From the NCBI RefSeq assembly GCF_009914755.1, contig NC_060936.1: a DNA stretch of 64,000 nt; one strand, written 5' to 3'. The notes under the pieces are model-generated. The model did no database searches. It saw nothing but the letters and a program-made list of their open reading frames with translations, and had not been told where the DNA came from. Source of the DNA: the human T2T-CHM13v2.0 reference genome, Homo sapiens. Both the position numbers and the translations under genes were made by a program. Below are positions 57,011 through 64,000 of this stretch, in pieces; the stretch's first letter is position 1, and each line of letters starts with the position of its first letter.

Positions 57011-57830
57011 TGACAATGTTCCTCAGGTGATTCTAACTATCCTATGTTAACTGCACGAAAACGTAAACTCTTTCACATCAGGAATCATCATTACGCAGCA
57101 CAATGTAAGTGCTCAATAAATGCTTTACTAAATTGAACTGAAACAGAGAAGTCTGGAAGATGAGGGAGAAGAGTTTGGAGCTAAAGATTTGGAGGCATCA
57201 GGATGTAAGATGGTGTGAGTGCAGTGAGAGGAGGAAGGAAGCCAGGAAGGACTTCTTGATGACCCTTTCACTGTAACCACAGAAGACTCAATTACATGTG
57301 TTTTCCTTAGGACTTGAGTTCCTTAAGGGTCGGGAACTCTCCATCCTACTCATCTCTGTAAGCCTGGCGCTAAGCACAGTGCATGGTACATGTTAGGAGC
57401 TCAGTAACCTTTTATTGATCTTTTATTGAGCTGTATCAGTGCCCCTGGTAATAGAGGGGGGTAAAAAACTTCAGGGACACACAGGAAGAAGTGACTAACT
57501 TGGCATAGGAAGCTGGATACATTGATTTTCAGAGGGACAATTAAGCTCAGTCTTCAAAGAGAAGTTCGCTTGGCAGAGCAGTGTCAAGATCTTCCAAGCA
57601 GAAGGAACAGCAGGAACTAAGTACTGAGATATGAAAGAGGGCAGCCACAATCTTTCCACGTGGCCAGGAGTCAGGTGCGTAAGAGATTTACAAAATGAGA
57701 TTGAGAGGGTCAGGGCCAGACTGAGAGGCCACAGACACCCACCTACGGATTTAAGGCTAACTGTGGGTGGTCAAAGAGGAGTTTTAAATTTAACATCAGA
57801 TGATCTACCTTTACTTTGTACAAAGTACTA

Positions 57831-58223
<393 letters not shown>

Positions 58224-58226
58224 TCA

Positions 58227-58508
<282 letters not shown>

Positions 58509-58559
58509 TCAAGGAAAAAAGCTTCATTAGCGGCTGAGGTCCAGGTGACAAACCCGAAC

Positions 58560-59195
58560 AAGGCAACGAAGGGAGGGAGTGAGAAATCCGTTCCATAAAA
58601 CCCACGATATAAGTAAAGCGGCCTGTGAATTCCGACCACTGCTGACCGCCAGGCCACACACCGGTTTTTTTCAGGAGGTCTCAACTAGATGCTAAGCTCC
58701 GAAGTGGAACTCCCTCAGGCACTTTCTGTTCTAATTCAGGAATTCCAAGCCCCTTTCCATCACAACCCCATCCCGCGGGAGACCCAAGCTGTGCGGAGCA
58801 GCGTAGGGCTAAGCCCGCGTCCGGTGAGACCCGGGAACGCGGCGCGGGAGACTAAGGAGCAGAGTACAGAATTGCGCGTGCGCGCCTGCAGCACGAGCCC
58901 CGCCCCCTGGCTCTAAACCGGGTGGCGGGAAAAGGGACTCAGCGTTTCCCGAGAATGCCCCCATAGCTTCGAAAGGATCCCCGTGTCCGCTTAGCGCCCT
59001 CTCGCCACACACTCACTCACCCGCTCCCTGCGGGTCCTCAGAAGCCCGGAGGAGCCACCGGCCCTCTGGCGCGGGGCCGCAGCCTTTCCGCCACCAGGCT
59101 CAGCTGGACCGGTCCCCGCCTGCGCGAAGAGCGAGGCGGGGCGAGCCGGGCTGGTCCACGTGACTCCGAGCGAACTGGGGCGGAGATTGGTGAAG
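58560..59195 (-). promoter_or_regulatory. TIMELESS: TIMELESS CpG-island promoter
   Basis: CpG-dense. CCAAT at 59186-59190 (minus), GC box at 59177-59185, E-box CACGTG at 59157-59162, E2F site TTTCCCGCC at 58924-58932 (minus), NRF1-like TGCGCGTGCGC at 58873-58883. Confidence 0.85.
59021..59150 (-). other. TIMELESS: TIMELESS non-coding exon 1 (TSS approximate)
   Basis: Donor CGG|GTGAGT at 59021/59020 inside the CpG island. No ATG in the exon. 5' end is estimated. Confidence 0.8.
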
Positions 59196-59388
59196 AAGGA
59201 AGGAAAAGGGAAGCGAGTGCAGGGACTGTTTTATGTGAGGTCGATCTAAAAATCACAGCGCTATGAATTTTCTGCTGAATTATAGTAGAATCAAAGTCCG
59301 ATTAGAGGTGAATTTACAAACATTCTTCCCCTTCTTCTAGTCAAGCGGACTATTCCAAGTCTTAAATAGTTAGTTAGAAAAGTTAGGT

Positions 59389-59394
59389 TTTATT
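59389..59394 (-). terminator. MIP: Candidate MIP distal polyA signal AATAAA
   Basis: tttatt on +, about 200 nt from the TIMELESS core promoter. Confidence 0.45.
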
Positions 59395-60042
59395 TGGGAG
59401 GAAGTAAAGAGCTGAAGTACAGGGAGGAATGGTCTTCTGGGATAGGGGATGTCCGTTGTATTATAGGTATAAATTTAAAGCTTTCAAAGTATGCAAGAGG
59501 CTCATAAAAGGAAGAAAGCAACCGTAAATATTCATTGAACAGTTGAGGGTCTCTTCTGGCCTCTGCTGAGATGATCTTGCCAAAAGGAAAAGAAAATAGG
59601 GCTGTGCTCTGGCCCCCTGTAATCCCAGCTACTGGGGAGGCTGAAGCAGGAAGATCGCTTGAGCCCAGGATTTCTAGACTGTAGTGTGCGATGATCGTGC
59701 CTGTGAATATCCATTGCACTCCAACCTGGTCAACATAGTAAGACCCCCTCTCAAAAAAAAAAAAGAAGATAGGGCTCAAACAAATAATAATCTCCTGAAT
59801 TATTAAGCATTTGAATAGAAGGAATCAATTTCTGGGGTATGAGGGAGTTAGAAGAGATTTGCTTCAAGATGAAAGGACGGATGACAGAGAAATGAAAATA
59901 CACAGACACAAAACAAGAAAAAAAACACGGAACTAGTGATAAAAGCAGAAAGATGCCATTTGAGGAGTGTTTTGATTTGCTCTAAATAAATTAGAACAGA
60001 GTCAAAGCCTCTCCCCTCATGCCCCCTACTACCACCCGTTCA

Positions 60043-60048
60043 TTTATT
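60043..60048 (-). terminator. MIP: Candidate MIP proximal polyA signal AATAAA
   Basis: tttatt on +, about 950 nt after the stop. Confidence 0.5.
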
Positions 60049-60991
60049 TGCTCCAGGAATCAGATTTCCTGTGTTGGCCTTAGGGAACAATTGTGGGGCT
60101 TAAATACCATCTGCCAGGCAGCCACAACAGTGGATGTCAGGCTGACCAGTTAAGCTGCTTAATTTTTCTAGATTCTAGGCTTGCCCAAGCTCTATTTAGG
60201 TTGGAAGCTCTTTGGCCCAGGACCTCTGAAGAGATCCATTATGTCAGAATGAACACAACCAGCCAGCGGATGTAGACAGGTTTACGTGGCTTTACAGAAC
60301 AGCTAAATCCTAGTGTTCACTTTTCTCAGAGCTACTTCCCCACCCAAGTCCCTGGGGCAAGCATCCCTAAGATAAGTAGGCTATATATTCCCATTAACTT
60401 CCCCCCAATTCTTCGGTACACCTACATCCTGATCTGGGGCTAATACTCCGTTTTCACCACCCACCTCCCTTGAGTCCCTTCTCCTAGCCCTTGGAAGCCT
60501 TGTCTCCTCCACTTCTCTCCATCTGCCTCGTGTGAGGAGTAACTCCCTGCTTCTCTGTTCCCTCAGAAATCAAGAGCCACACACTTGACTGGCAGCAGGG
60601 TAAAGGCCAGAAACTTAAGGTGTCGGTTACCCAGTACTCACCATACTGGGTCGAGGAAGGGAGGTATAGGATGGCACCTCTTTTTGCTTCCTTAGCTCTC
60701 ATGCCCCAAAACTCAGACACAGCCACACTCACATTCATATGCACAATCAGCACACACGGCGAAGGGTGGTGGGATGGGGAGGAAGGGAAGTTTGCACCAA
60801 CCAGCTCATGAATGCAACTTGAAAGATTTCACACAGCAAAAGGAAAAAAAAAAAAAAAACAACCACATACATAAGTTAAAAAATAAAGAAGTACATGCCC
60901 CTCCCCACAGTCTCTTTCTTCATCTAGGGGCTGGCTAAACCCCTCCACGTAAACTCAGAAGCTTTCTACTCCCTCTATTCAGCTGGAGCTT

Positions 60992-64000
<3,009 letters not shown>

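Overview
Human (or great-ape) genomic DNA that I recognise as the 12q13.3 interval APOF - TIMELESS - MIP. The complete TIMELESS gene lies on the minus strand: non-coding exon 1 in a CpG island at about 59.0-59.15 kb, then 28 coding exons from 43882 to 27411. All introns are GT-AG and the exons sum to 3627 nt (1208 aa plus stop). The 3' part of MIP/aquaporin-0 lies directly upstream in tandem on the same strand. The first 26 kb looks like repeats only, but it holds two decayed apolipoprotein F/N-family genes: an APOF-like pseudogene split by a MER52 solo LTR, and an ApoN-like 5' fragment whose signal peptide was hit by two Alus at the same site. It also holds a five-level transposon nest (L1 > Alu > MER52 provirus > HERV-L > HERV-K LTR5_Hs) and a recent 431-bp Alu-mediated tandem duplication. 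Several insertion junctions show small templated or palindrome-type changes. Family names and protein comparisons are from recalled consensus sequences, not database searches. Repeat boundaries are approximate unless a target-site duplication (TSD) is given.
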